A stretch of 64,000 nucleotides of DNA from contig CAXXVL010000002.1 in NCBI GenBank assembly GCA_963667845.2, positions 64,001-128,000 of the forward strand, given 5' to 3'. The translations under genes and the position numbers were made by a program. Below are positions 1 through 9,642 of this stretch, one piece after another. This DNA is from Smithellaceae bacterium. GTDB taxonomy: Bacteria > Desulfobacterota > Syntrophia > Syntrophales > Smithellaceae. A model generated the notes under the pieces. It ran no database searches and was not told the origin of the DNA. It saw only the letters and a list, made by a program, of their open reading frames with translations. Positions within the stretch are counted from its first letter, which is position 1. Each line of letters opens with the position of its first letter.

Positions 1-28
1 AATAGTGTTTTTATCCGAGGAAATAGTT

Positions 29-670
29 ATGAGAATAAAGACCCGGGAGTTTTTCAACATATACTCACACCTTGCCGGCATGGTCGCCGCCGTCATCGGC
101 ACGGTCTTTCTGGCCATCGTCGCCAGCGATTCCGCCTCCGGTCTTGTCACCGCGCTTATTTACGGGATTTCCGTTGTTTTCCTTTTTACGGCAAGCACGC
201 TGTATCATCTTTTCAAAAAGGAGGAGAACGAGTTGTCCTTCTGGCGAAGAATGGACCGGCTGGCCATTTTTTTCATGATTGCCGGAACATCGACGCCGAT
301 ACTGTATTTCTGCCTCGACGGCTCATACAAATGGTGGATGATTGCCCTGCAGTGGGGTCTGGTAGGCGTGGGGATGATCTCGCAGATTTATTTCCCCAGG
401 GCACCCAGAAAGCTTTACGCCGTCATTTACATGTCCATGGGCTGGTCGGCGCTGATCACGATTAAACAAATGATGGCCAACATGTCTGTAGCTCAGGGTG
501 TCCTCCTGATCACGGGAGGTGTTGCCTTCATGCTGGGTGGAATCATTTACGCCATCAAGAAACCCCGGATCGTCCCGGGTGTTTTCAGCTTTCACGAACT
601 TTTTCACATCATGGTGCTGATCGGCTGGGGTTTGCACTATGCAATGATCTACCAGGTCTACGGCGCTTGA
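29..670 (+). CDS. Hemolysin III / PAQR family membrane protein
   Basis: 7-TM pattern with motifs N-x-x-SH, STLYH, D-x-x-x-IF-x-x-IAGT-x-TP and HELFH. ATG at 29 follows GAGGA. Confidence 0.9.
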   Translation: MRIKTREFFNIYSHLAGMVAAVIGTVFLAIVASDSASGLVTALIYGISVVFLFTASTLYHLFKKEENELSFWRRMDRLAIFFMIAGTSTPILYFCLDGSYKWWMIALQWGLVGVGMISQIYFPRAPRKLYAVIYMSMGWSALITIKQMMANMSVAQGVLLITGGVAFMLGGIIYAIKKPRIVPGVFSFHELFHIMVLIGWGLHYAMIYQVYGA

Positions 671-674
671 AATC

Positions 675-1574
675 ATGGATACCGCTTCTGATTTCGCAAG
701 CCCCGGCGAGGCGACGAACAAACTTCTGGCAGCCGAGTCGGCGTTATTTATCCAAGAGTATCAAATAAACTATGCTGAGGGTGAGAGCAAACCCCCGGAA
801 ATCGGCATGCCGGTTTTCCTGCATGCCCCTGCATCGGACGTGGGCGTCCTCCTCATTCACGGGCTGATGGCCGCTCCCGAAGAAGTCCGACAGTGGGCGG
901 ATTTCCTGCACGCCCAGGGCCTGACCGTTTATGCCCCCCGGCTTGCCGGTCACGGAACATCGTCTAAAGACCTCTCGGTTCGCACCTATCACGACTGGCT
1001 GGATTCGGTTGACCGCGGCCACGCCATCCTGAAAACATGCTGCAAAAAAATTCTCGTAGCCGGATTTTCGACAGGCGCCGGTCTGGCCCTGCAGTCGGTT
1101 GTCCGGAAGCCCCATGATTTCGAGGCCGTCATCGCCGTCAGCGCCCCGCTGAAATTCAAAAGTTTATCGTCTCGTTTTGCCGAGCTGCTGCACGGATTTA
1201 ATTTACTCTGTCATCGCTTGGGGATGGGCAGACTGGCGAAAGAGTTCATGAAGAACAACGCCGACAATCCCGACATCAATTATCTCGTGTGTCCGGTCAG
1301 CGCTTTTGTTCAGGTCAAAGCACTCATGAGAAAGCTCCGCCGATCGCTTCCGGATATTCAGATTCCCGCGCTCATCATCCAGGCCCGGCATGACCCTAAA
1401 GTCGCGCCCGAAAGCGGCCCCGCGATATTTGACGCTCTGGGCACCGGCAAAAAGCATTTTGCCTGGATCGATTTCGACAGGCACGGAATTGTGCGCGGCA
1501 GGCCGGCTGACGACGTTTTCCAAGAGGTAGAATCTTTCCTCACGACATACAATCTCATCACTTCCGCACAATAG
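675..1574 (+). CDS. Alpha/beta-hydrolase (carboxylesterase/lipase)
   Basis: LLIHG oxyanion motif, GFSTG nucleophile elbow, D in HDPKV and H in RHG complete the triad. Confidence 0.85.
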   Translation: MDTASDFASPGEATNKLLAAESALFIQEYQINYAEGESKPPEIGMPVFLHAPASDVGVLLIHGLMAAPEEVRQWADFLHAQGLTVYAPRLAGHGTSSKDLSVRTYHDWLDSVDRGHAILKTCCKKILVAGFSTGAGLALQSVVRKPHDFEAVIAVSAPLKFKSLSSRFAELLHGFNLLCHRLGMGRLAKEFMKNNADNPDINYLVCPVSAFVQVKALMRKLRRSLPDIQIPALIIQARHDPKVAPESGPAIFDALGTGKKHFAWIDFDRHGIVRGRPADDVFQEVESFLTTYNLITSAQ

Positions 1575-1756
1575 TTTGCAGCCTTCCCGGTGGGGTCTTC
1601 CCGCCCGGTTTGACCCCAATTACCCGTCGACTTTGCCTGAAGTCCGGATAGACGCCTTCTTTTGAAACAATTTTCAATCAAAACAATCTTTTGACGTGGT
1701 ACCCGTTACGATGATAAGATGCTCCATCATAAATTAATGATATCAGGGAACCCTGA

Positions 1757-3352
1757 ATGGCGGAAGAAATAGAAGACAACTTGCTTGAGCGCAAGGAGCG
1801 CAAGGACTTCCTCAGGATGAAAGCCGCCGGCATTCGGGATATCTTATTTGACGCCGTTAGAAACTTCGGCCAGAACGGCGACAACAATCAGGCGGCGGCC
1901 ATCGCCCTTTATGCGATTCTGTCGGCCATTCCGCTTTTTATTTTAACGATGATTGCCGCCTCGTCCTTCTTCAGCTCCAATCCGCAGATTCAAAAGGACA
2001 TCATCCGGGCTATCCAGAATTTCCAGCCTTATTTTTCCGGGGATATTCTCCAGCAACTGGGACACATCGAAGGCAAACGCAAAGTTTTGGGTTGGATCGG
2101 CGTTCTGGGTCTGGTCTGGTTGTCGGCGGCAATTTTTAACGCCATTGCCTCGGCGCTGAACAATATCTTCCGCTCACAGAAGACACGCAATTACTTCGTC
2201 TCCAAACTGATGGCGTTCGGGATGATCCCCACAGCCTGGGTCATCGGCGGCCTGAGTGTGCTCATGAGTTATGTCGCTGCGCTCCTCGCCAAGACGCCTC
2301 TCGTCTTGCCCGGCGACATAGAAATATCGCTGACCCTGCCGGCGCAGATCGTTCTGCGTTACATCATTCCATATGTGATGATCGTGATTCTGGTGACCGC
2401 GGTATACCGGATCGTCCCGACGGCCAAAATCCGCTTTCGCGTGGCCCTGGCCGGCAGTGCTATTTTCGCGTTCCTTCTGGAAATCGCCAAACAATTCTTT
2501 ACCTGGTACATGACCAATTACACCCGCTACGACGTTATCTTCGGATCGCTGGAGACGGTCGTTATCCTGGTCATCTGGGTTTTTTATATCGCGTTGATCT
2601 TTCTGTTCTGCGCCGAAGTCATGTCCTCTTATGAACGGCGCGATGTCCTCCTTCTGGAAAGAGCTCTCCTCAACCCGCATCGTTCCGGATCGCAGATCGA
2701 CGAGCGACTCTACAAAAGATTCGGCCGCACGTACCCCCGAAACAGCATCATTTTCCGGGAGGGGGATGCGGGGCGCGAAATGTTTTATATCCTTTCCGGC
2801 CGTGTCGGCATGGAGCGCGTCGACAGTTCGGTAAAAAAAATGATCGCTGAAATGGGACCGGGCCAATATTTCGGCGAGATGGCCGCGCTCATCGACATCC
2901 GGCGCTCGGCGACGGCCAGAGCTCTGGAAGACAGCCGCCTGGCCGTCATTGACGATACTACACTCCGGAAGCTCATCGGCCACAGCCGGGATGTCGCACT
3001 CTCCATGCTGCAGGTATTCTCCACGCGCCTCAAGAATTCCAACGCAGCACTGGAAGATTTTTCCAATCTCTGGACGCGCCTGGCGATCATCCTGCAAATG
3101 CTGGATCACCCCCGCACACCGCTTGCCGAACATATCCCCGTCCTTGCCGAAGCTACACAAAAAGATCCGGCCGAAATCACGAATCTGATTCGCGAGCTTT
3201 CCGATCAGGGCATCTTGATCACCAGGGAAGGCTTGATTCTGGACGTCGCGCGCGATAAGATGTGGTCGCTCTTTTGTCTGAGCCCCCTGAGAAAAGGTTC
3301 GTCGGACCTGCAAAAGAATGCAGTTGCCGGCGTCCGGGAGGATCATCCGTGA
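1757..3352 (+). CDS. YihY/BrkB (UPF0761) membrane protein fused to a cyclic-nucleotide-binding domain and C-terminal winged HTH
   Basis: N-half has AAAIALYAILSAIP and Y-x-x-IFGSL YihY motifs. C-half has IFREGD..MFYILSGRV and GQYFGEMAALI..RSATARA. Alternative start at 1817. Confidence 0.85.
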   Translation: MAEEIEDNLLERKERKDFLRMKAAGIRDILFDAVRNFGQNGDNNQAAAIALYAILSAIPLFILTMIAASSFFSSNPQIQKDIIRAIQNFQPYFSGDILQQLGHIEGKRKVLGWIGVLGLVWLSAAIFNAIASALNNIFRSQKTRNYFVSKLMAFGMIPTAWVIGGLSVLMSYVAALLAKTPLVLPGDIEISLTLPAQIVLRYIIPYVMIVILVTAVYRIVPTAKIRFRVALAGSAIFAFLLEIAKQFFTWYMTNYTRYDVIFGSLETVVILVIWVFYIALIFLFCAEVMSSYERRDVLLLERALLNPHRSGSQIDERLYKRFGRTYPRNSIIFREGDAGREMFYILSGRVGMERVDSSVKKMIAEMGPGQYFGEMAALIDIRRSATARALEDSRLAVIDDTTLRKLIGHSRDVALSMLQVFSTRLKNSNAALEDFSNLWTRLAIILQMLDHPRTPLAEHIPVLAEATQKDPAEITNLIRELSDQGILITREGLILDVARDKMWSLFCLSPLRKGSSDLQKNAVAGVREDHP

Positions 3353-5088
3353 AGATGCACCCGACGATTTCTCGATGTTTGCTTCCGGCGATGATCGGTC
3401 TGGCATTTCTTGCCGGGGCAGCGAAGCCGGCAGCCGCGGACACACCGGTCCTGTCGATCACCCCGGCCAATCCAACCATCCAGATCGCCGCCCATGCCGA
3501 CGTCCTTCTTGATGCTTCTGATACACTTCGTTATGAAGACATTGCCGGGGGCGGATTGCCGTTTCAACGCCATACAAAAAATTCATTCCAGTACAGTTTC
3601 ACGAAGGCGACACTCTGGATCAAATGCCGCATCGCGGCGGCCGCCATGTACAGCCAACGTTCTTTCCTGGTCTTCGATAACACCGCTCTGGGATCGATAA
3701 CAATCTGGGTGCCTGTCGTCAAAAACGGCACCCCCGACATTCTTATACTCACCGGCGGGTGGCAAAGCGGCCATCGGGGATATGAATACCCTTTTCTTTA
3801 CCCCACCTTCGTTTTGCCCGACAACATCGATGATTCGCGCCCGTTAATTATCCGCGTCGCAACCCCTTACTCCCTTCAGTTTCGCGCAACCCTCTATTCC
3901 CCGGACGCCTTCCGGGAAAACGGTTTCTTCCTTTTCCTGACCGTCGGCGTCTGCGCGGGAATTCTTGTCGCCATGCTTTTGTACAACCTTATTCTTTACG
4001 TCTTTATCCGGGATAAAAATTATCTCTACTATATCCTCTACGTATTTTTCCTTCTCATCTGGCAGTGCGTGCTTTTCGGACTATTTCAGTATTTTTGGCC
4101 GGCGGCAGGCGTGTGGATGATAAAATATGTTACCGCTTTTGCATCCTGCATGATGCTGTTCACGATGATCTTCGCGATTGTCTTTCTGGATACGGCCAGA
4201 ACGGCTCCCCGCCATGATTTCGTTTTGAAGGGGCTGGCATTTTTGACGATCATCTCGATCCTGCTGATCTTCGCCAGGCAGATATGGATCGGCAATCTCC
4301 TGGCTTATTTTATAGGACAGATAGGAATCGTCGCGGTTTTCACAGCCGCCGTTTCATCCTTGCGGTCAGGATTCAAACCGGCCAGATATTACCTGATCGC
4401 CGTCAGCGTCTTCCTCTGTGCCGGCCTCATTTTTCAGTTTAAATTCTACGGATGGGTACCCACCAATTCATTCACGATGCATGTGGTGCTTTTCGGCAGC
4501 GCCGTGGAATCCATTCTCCTGTCCACCGCACTCGGTTATCGTTTCCGCGCGATGAGAGAAGAGGAAAAGTACCTGCGGGAGCGGGAGAAGAACCTGCAGG
4601 CGATCACCGTCACGGATGAACTGACCGGCCTTTTCAACCGGCGGTTTCTCAATGTGACGCTCATCAAAGAAATTGCGGCGGCCAGACGCAGCGGGGCAAG
4701 CCTGTCCCTGCTAATGATGGATGTGGATCATTTCAAGAATTTCAACGACGCCTACGGCCACCTGGAAGGCGATCTGGCACTCGTCACCCTGGGCAAAGTG
4801 ATGATGCAAATGCTGCGGGAGGAAGATGTCGCGTGCCGTTACGGCGGTGAAGAATTTGTAGCGATTCTCCACAACGCGGATAAGAGCGCCGCCCTTGATG
4901 TGGCCGAACGCATCCGATCGCATTTTCAGCAAATGGCATTGACGTCCGGAAAGACGGTCCGCCTGACCGTCAGCATCGGCACGGCGGAATTGCTGCCTGA
5001 AGACAGCCCGGATCAGTTTCTGTTTCGCGCCGATCAGGCCCTGTATCATGCCAAAAAAACCGGCCGTAACCGGATTTGCAGCGTCTAA
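3349..5088 (+). CDS. Diguanylate cyclase with 7TM-DISM extracellular and 7TM domains
   Basis: Signal peptide, periplasmic domain, 7 TM, DELTGLFNRR, RYGGEEF and REED I-site. GTG start overlaps the upstream TGA (GTGA), with a GGAGGA RBS. Confidence 0.9.
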   Translation: MKMHPTISRCLLPAMIGLAFLAGAAKPAAADTPVLSITPANPTIQIAAHADVLLDASDTLRYEDIAGGGLPFQRHTKNSFQYSFTKATLWIKCRIAAAAMYSQRSFLVFDNTALGSITIWVPVVKNGTPDILILTGGWQSGHRGYEYPFLYPTFVLPDNIDDSRPLIIRVATPYSLQFRATLYSPDAFRENGFFLFLTVGVCAGILVAMLLYNLILYVFIRDKNYLYYILYVFFLLIWQCVLFGLFQYFWPAAGVWMIKYVTAFASCMMLFTMIFAIVFLDTARTAPRHDFVLKGLAFLTIISILLIFARQIWIGNLLAYFIGQIGIVAVFTAAVSSLRSGFKPARYYLIAVSVFLCAGLIFQFKFYGWVPTNSFTMHVVLFGSAVESILLSTALGYRFRAMREEEKYLREREKNLQAITVTDELTGLFNRRFLNVTLIKEIAAARRSGASLSLLMMDVDHFKNFNDAYGHLEGDLALVTLGKVMMQMLREEDVACRYGGEEFVAILHNADKSAALDVAERIRSHFQQMALTSGKTVRLTVSIGTAELLPEDSPDQFLFRADQALYHAKKTGRNRICSV

Positions 5089-5163
5089 CAACGGGACCCC
5101 GCCGTGCGATTGCCGCCGGACAGTGGGGATTTCACAGCGCCTTCCAACATAAGAGAAAAACCA

Positions 5164-5195
5164 CAAAAGGCGGGGACAAACGACCCCGCCTTTTG
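5164..5195. terminator. Bidirectional intrinsic terminator
   Basis: CAAAAGGCGGGG-loop-CCCCGCCTTTTG between convergent genes. Confidence 0.75.
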
Positions 5196-5248
5196 TTAAT
5201 CCCGTTTGCGCGGGACGAGCGTTAATTCTCCGCAGCTTGCCGCGAGGT
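5196..5248 (+). repeat. Dispersed hairpin element, copy 1 (short form)
   Basis: TTAATCCCGtttgCGCGGGACGAGCGTTAATTCTCCGCAGCTTGCCGCGAGG matches six other copies in the window. Confidence 0.85.
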
Positions 5249-5264
5249 CACCCTTCACCCCATC

Positions 5265-6752
5265 CTAGAACTTTACCGACAAGCCGCCGCCCACCTGCCA
5301 GCCGTCTTTTCTGATTTCCACGTCGACCGGCGCAGGACCGACCGTCCCGTCTCCACTGGTCTTAAACGCCGTGTAACCCGCGTTGACAAACGGTTCGAGT
5401 TCGAAGCGGTCCATCTTGACGGTCGCTCCCAGCGCCGCGTTCACACCCGCCGTCCAGCCACTTGCGGATACATTCAAAGGCATGTAGGGTCCGGTATTGT
5501 CAACGGCGGCATAGGAAAAGTCCGTGTTGACCCGGCCGTAGAAGGCGTTGACCCCTGCGCGCAGTGTGGTGCGCGGACACACTGCCATTTCGGCCAGAGC
5601 CTTCAGAGTCAAACGATGTTCGCCGGTATCCGGCATATTCGCATAGGTGTCCACATAAAATTCCGGTGCGGGAAAGATGTCATCAAACTGCGCATTCTGT
5701 TTTGTCCGCAGGTAATCATAATAGAGTCCCGCGGCGAATCGTTTGCCTGCCGCCGGCGTGAAATCCGCCCCACCGCCAACCTTTACGAAGAAGTCCTTGG
5801 CTTCGTGTTCGTAGTTCAACCAGGAATCCGCGGCACGAATATAGGACCCGTCGCGTTTGATGGTTTTGTACCCGGTGCTGATTACGAAGGGCAAAGCGAG
5901 ACGCTCGCTCACGGGCATGCGGAGCCAGAAATCGCCGCCGACATGGAATCCCTTGACTTTGCCTTCGGCCTTGAAGGAGTTCACACTGTTCACATCAAAC
6001 GAATAGGTGTTGTCCGACGCAAAGGGAAGTCCGCCTTTCAGCGTGACTGAATATTTTGCCGAGCCGACCGTTCCGGCAACGGATGCTTTCCCCTGCGCCT
6101 CCCAGTATTTGGAATCATGAGGAATCATGAACGGGTAAACGTCCCACGCCGGGTTATCTTCGGCCGCCCAGGGAAAATTCCTGAAAAATGCTGCGCTGGT
6201 GTCCAGAAAGGTCTCCTGCTCCTCGCTGTGATAGGCAATCTGCAGCTCGCCGCCGACCTTTACGGATTTTACGGGCAGACCGTAGAGAACTTTCAGCGCG
6301 AAGTTATCGAGACGGTTATTTAATTCATACGAATTGTATCCGGGACCCCAAAATCCGCTAAACGGTTCATCGCCTTTGTACTTTCCCCGGGCGCCCTCAT
6401 AATCAAAAAACACACCCATCCGGCCCGCACCCAGACTGAAGGCGGAACCGATCAGAGCGCCGTGCTTCCATTGATAACCGTCGGAGCTATAGGGATACGT
6501 TACACCAAAGGTGGGAGCATTTGCGGAATAGTCCCAGCGGGTCGTCTTGCCGTAGGTCAAACGGTAACTTCCGTAAGCATTGAATCCCTTGCCCGAGGCG
6601 ATCCCGGCTGGATGAATCAGATAATCGGATTCGTCTTCAATTAAACCGAAGGCATCCCCCACACCCGCCATTCTGCCCTGCCAGGCCACGGACGGCGCTG
6701 CCAGAAGCACAACAAACAGAAACGCTGCAATCACTGATAGACTCTTTTTCAT
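5265..6752 (-). CDS. Outer-membrane beta-barrel protein, FadL/OmpP1-like (paralog A)
   Basis: Signal peptide, N-terminal RMAGVGDAFGLIEDES..HPAGIA (FadL-like hatch motif) and C-terminal GGGLSVKF barrel signature. Confidence 0.7.
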   Translation of the reverse strand: MKKSLSVIAAFLFVVLLAAPSVAWQGRMAGVGDAFGLIEDESDYLIHPAGIASGKGFNAYGSYRLTYGKTTRWDYSANAPTFGVTYPYSSDGYQWKHGALIGSAFSLGAGRMGVFFDYEGARGKYKGDEPFSGFWGPGYNSYELNNRLDNFALKVLYGLPVKSVKVGGELQIAYHSEEQETFLDTSAAFFRNFPWAAEDNPAWDVYPFMIPHDSKYWEAQGKASVAGTVGSAKYSVTLKGGLPFASDNTYSFDVNSVNSFKAEGKVKGFHVGGDFWLRMPVSERLALPFVISTGYKTIKRDGSYIRAADSWLNYEHEAKDFFVKVGGGADFTPAAGKRFAAGLYYDYLRTKQNAQFDDIFPAPEFYVDTYANMPDTGEHRLTLKALAEMAVCPRTTLRAGVNAFYGRVNTDFSYAAVDNTGPYMPLNVSASGWTAGVNAALGATVKMDRFELEPFVNAGYTAFKTSGDGTVGPAPVDVEIRKDGWQVGGGLSVKF

Positions 6753-6786
6753 GTTCTTCTCCCTTTCTGTTGATAGATAAATCAAC

Positions 6787-6887
6787 TTTAATCCCGCTCA
6801 CGCGGGACGAGCGTTAATCCCCTGTCGCTTGCTGCGAAATAATCACGTTCATTTCATACCTCGTGAGCTTGCTGCGAGGTGTTTGAT
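6787..6887 (+). repeat. Dispersed hairpin element, copy 2 (long form, two GCTTGC hairpins)
   Basis: TTTAATCCCGCTCACGCGGGACGAGCGTTAAT...ATAATCACGTTCATTTCATACCTCG..GCTTGCTGCGAGGTGTTTGAT, colinear with 38752-38854. Confidence 0.85.
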
Positions 6888-6893
6888 CTGAAT

Positions 6894-8351
6894 CTAAAAC
6901 CGGATGGACAGACCGCCGCCGACCTGCCAGTTTGCCTTATCGAAGGACTCTTCAGCAGGCATCGGGCCGAATGTTCCCTCGCCGCTGGTCTTGTATTTCA
7001 CGTACCCCGCATTCATGAAAGGTTCGATGCTCACGCCATCGAGCTTCACGGTGGCACCGATCGAGGCATTCACGCCCGCAGTCCAACCGTTGGTAGCCAC
7101 ATTCAGGGGTAAAAAAGGAAGGACCTCGTTATAAGCAAAATATCCATAACTGCTTTTCACCAGGCCATAGAAAACATTGAAGCCGCCGCGCAGGGTGATT
7201 GCGGGGTGCAACTCCTTTTCCATCAGCGCTTTCAGGGTCAAACGATGTTCGGAATAATTCGGCATGTCGGTATAGTTATCATCGAAAAACCAGTTTGCCG
7301 CGATGTCCCTGATATGCAGACGCTGATCGGTCCGGATAAAATCATAATACAGGCCCGCGGCCGCTTTTGTATCTTTTGCAAGCTGCATATCCGCGCCGCC
7401 GCCGACTTTGATGAAGAAGTCCTTGTTTTCATGTGCATAAGTCAGCAGTGATGAGCCGGGAGTATTTCCGTCGCCGTCTCTTTTCATGGTTTTATATCCG
7501 GTACTCACTACAAACGGCAGAATCACGCGATCGGAGAGCGGCACTCTCAGCAGGAAGTCGCCGACGACGTTAAAGCCCTGGACTCTTCCATTCGTCCCGT
7601 ATGTGATGCAATTATATTCATTTTCAGACGAGAAAGGCAGGCTGCCCCGGAGGGTGAAAGCGTATTTTGCCGGTCCCGCGGAGCCGCCAACGGAAACCTT
7701 CCCTGCGGCTTCCCAGTAACTGGATTTAAAGGGGATCATGAAAGGATAAAGATTCACAAACGGAATATTTTCAGCGGACCAGGGATAATTCTTTAAATTA
7801 ACATCGTAGTAGAAAGTTTCCCGTTCTTCGGAGCGATAGGCGATCTGAAGTTCACCGCCCAGTTTCACGGCGCGAACCGGCAGACCATAGATCACCTTCA
7901 ATGCAAAGCTGTCAGACCGGTCGCTTAATTTGTAACTGGGGAAGGTGAGACCACCGGAGTTCTCATCGCCGCCATAGACTCCGCGGTCGCCCGCGTAGTC
8001 AAAAAACACGCCCATTCTCCCCGCCCCCAGGGCAAAAGCTGCGCCCAGCTGGCCCTCATTTTTCCAGGCCTGGCCGCTGGCGGCAAAAGGGATGGTGACG
8101 CCGCCCGGGGGAAAGGTCAACGTATAGTCCCACCGGGTTGCCGCATCGTAGGTCACGCGATAATGACCGTATGCGTTAAACCCTTTACCGGACGCGATTG
8201 CCGCCGGATGGGTCAGATAATCCGACTCATCTTCAATCAAACCAACGGCATCGCCGGCACCCGCCATCCTGCCCTGCCAGGCCACGGACGGCACGGCCAG
8301 AAGCAGAATAAGCAGCAGCGCGGCAACAGCTGATAATCTGTTTTTCATCAT
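6894..8351 (-). CDS. Outer-membrane beta-barrel protein, FadL/OmpP1-like (paralog B)
   Basis: Colinear with paralog A (WQGRMAG, LGAGRMGVFFDY, GGELQIAY, WQVGGGLS-x-x-F). AAGGAG RBS. Confidence 0.7.
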   Translation of the reverse strand: MMKNRLSAVAALLLILLLAVPSVAWQGRMAGAGDAVGLIEDESDYLTHPAAIASGKGFNAYGHYRVTYDAATRWDYTLTFPPGGVTIPFAASGQAWKNEGQLGAAFALGAGRMGVFFDYAGDRGVYGGDENSGGLTFPSYKLSDRSDSFALKVIYGLPVRAVKLGGELQIAYRSEERETFYYDVNLKNYPWSAENIPFVNLYPFMIPFKSSYWEAAGKVSVGGSAGPAKYAFTLRGSLPFSSENEYNCITYGTNGRVQGFNVVGDFLLRVPLSDRVILPFVVSTGYKTMKRDGDGNTPGSSLLTYAHENKDFFIKVGGGADMQLAKDTKAAAGLYYDFIRTDQRLHIRDIAANWFFDDNYTDMPNYSEHRLTLKALMEKELHPAITLRGGFNVFYGLVKSSYGYFAYNEVLPFLPLNVATNGWTAGVNASIGATVKLDGVSIEPFMNAGYVKYKTSGEGTFGPMPAEESFDKANWQVGGGLSIRF

Positions 8352-8620
8352 TCTTTTCTCCTTTTCTGAATTCGGAACAGACAACGCCGGCAAGACATGA
8401 TTGCTTACCGGCGTAATGATGGGTATAAGATTTTGTGCGCAGGCTCTCATGATCAGAAACGTACCTTTTCGAGTATTCCTTGAGCGATCGCTGGCCGTAT
8501 GGGGTAACAGTTAATCGCCGATTTGTCAATTTCGTCTTGAAATACAGCGATGCCGTCTTGACAGAGACGTTATTCTTTGAAATATGTTTTTAAAAAACAG
8601 AGAGCATTGGAGGAGAAGTT

Positions 8621-9631
8621 ATGAAAGCAGCCGTATTGCACGGGGCAAAAGACATACGAACGGAAACCGTCCCCGATCCAGTTTGCGCACCACACGGGGT
8701 CATCATCAAAGTTAAAGCCTGCGGCGTTTGCGGGTCCGATCTGCACTGGTATAAAGTGAATGGTCACGAAGGAACCATTTTCGGCCACGAATTCAGCGGC
8801 GATATTGTGGAAGTGGGCAAGGACGTGAAGGGCATTGCCACGGGCACGCGCTGCACGGCGGTGGGGTTTAATCCCTGCGGCGAGTGCTTCTGGTGCAAGC
8901 AGGGCAAGCCGCACCGCTGCTCCGCGATGGAGCTGCTCGGGTATCAATTCCCCGGCGCGATGGCCGAATATGTTCACGTGCCTTTTGCGGCGATTGGCCG
9001 CAGCGTCTTTCCGCTTCCCGAAGAACTGACCTACGAAGATGCGGCATCCGTTGAACCGCTCTCCATTTCCTACTTCTCCGTCAATCGCGCGCAGCCCAAG
9101 CCCGATGAGATTATTGCCGTCATCGGCATGGGCGTGATCGGCCTTTACGCCGTCCAGGTGCTGAAGTCGCTGGGCGTGGAAAAAGTGATCGCCGCCGGAC
9201 GAAGGCCCGCACGCCTGAACGCTGCAGGGCTCTGCGGCGCCGATCCGGTCATTGACACCGCAAGCCAGGACACGCTGGCCGCCGTGATGGCGGCAACCCA
9301 GCAGCTCGGCGTCAACACGGTTGTGGAATGCGCGGGCAATCAGACCACATTCGACCAGTCGGTCGCCATGGCGCGCGGCGGCGGCAAGATTCTGCTGGTC
9401 GGCGTCTACGAAGAGCCGCTCAAATGGGATCCCCTGCCCGTCATCGGCAAGAACCTCACGCTGGTCGGCTGCCTGGGCGGCAACTTCCGGGCTTCGATCG
9501 ACCTGCTCAAAAGCGGCAAGGTCCAAACGAAAAATATGATCTCGCATTTCTTCGGGCTGGATCAGGCTGCGGAGGCCTTCCGGGCGCAGCTTCAGGACCC
9601 GACAGCGATCAAGGTCATGATCAAACCCTGA
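8621..9631 (+). CDS. Zinc-dependent alcohol/threonine dehydrogenase (MDR family)
   Basis: CGSDLH, GHE, four-Cys structural Zn site and GMGVIG nucleotide fold. Confidence 0.9.
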   Translation: MKAAVLHGAKDIRTETVPDPVCAPHGVIIKVKACGVCGSDLHWYKVNGHEGTIFGHEFSGDIVEVGKDVKGIATGTRCTAVGFNPCGECFWCKQGKPHRCSAMELLGYQFPGAMAEYVHVPFAAIGRSVFPLPEELTYEDAASVEPLSISYFSVNRAQPKPDEIIAVIGMGVIGLYAVQVLKSLGVEKVIAAGRRPARLNAAGLCGADPVIDTASQDTLAAVMAATQQLGVNTVVECAGNQTTFDQSVAMARGGGKILLVGVYEEPLKWDPLPVIGKNLTLVGCLGGNFRASIDLLKSGKVQTKNMISHFFGLDQAAEAFRAQLQDPTAIKVMIKP

Positions 9632-9642
9632 AAGATTGAATA

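Noticed and set aside
2174..3445. Long antisense ORFs (also 8570-9667, 10957-11880, 12775-13659, 24148-25116, 33636-34817, 52083-52937)
   Set aside because: They overlap motif-supported genes on the opposite strand, as expected from GC-rich codon bias.
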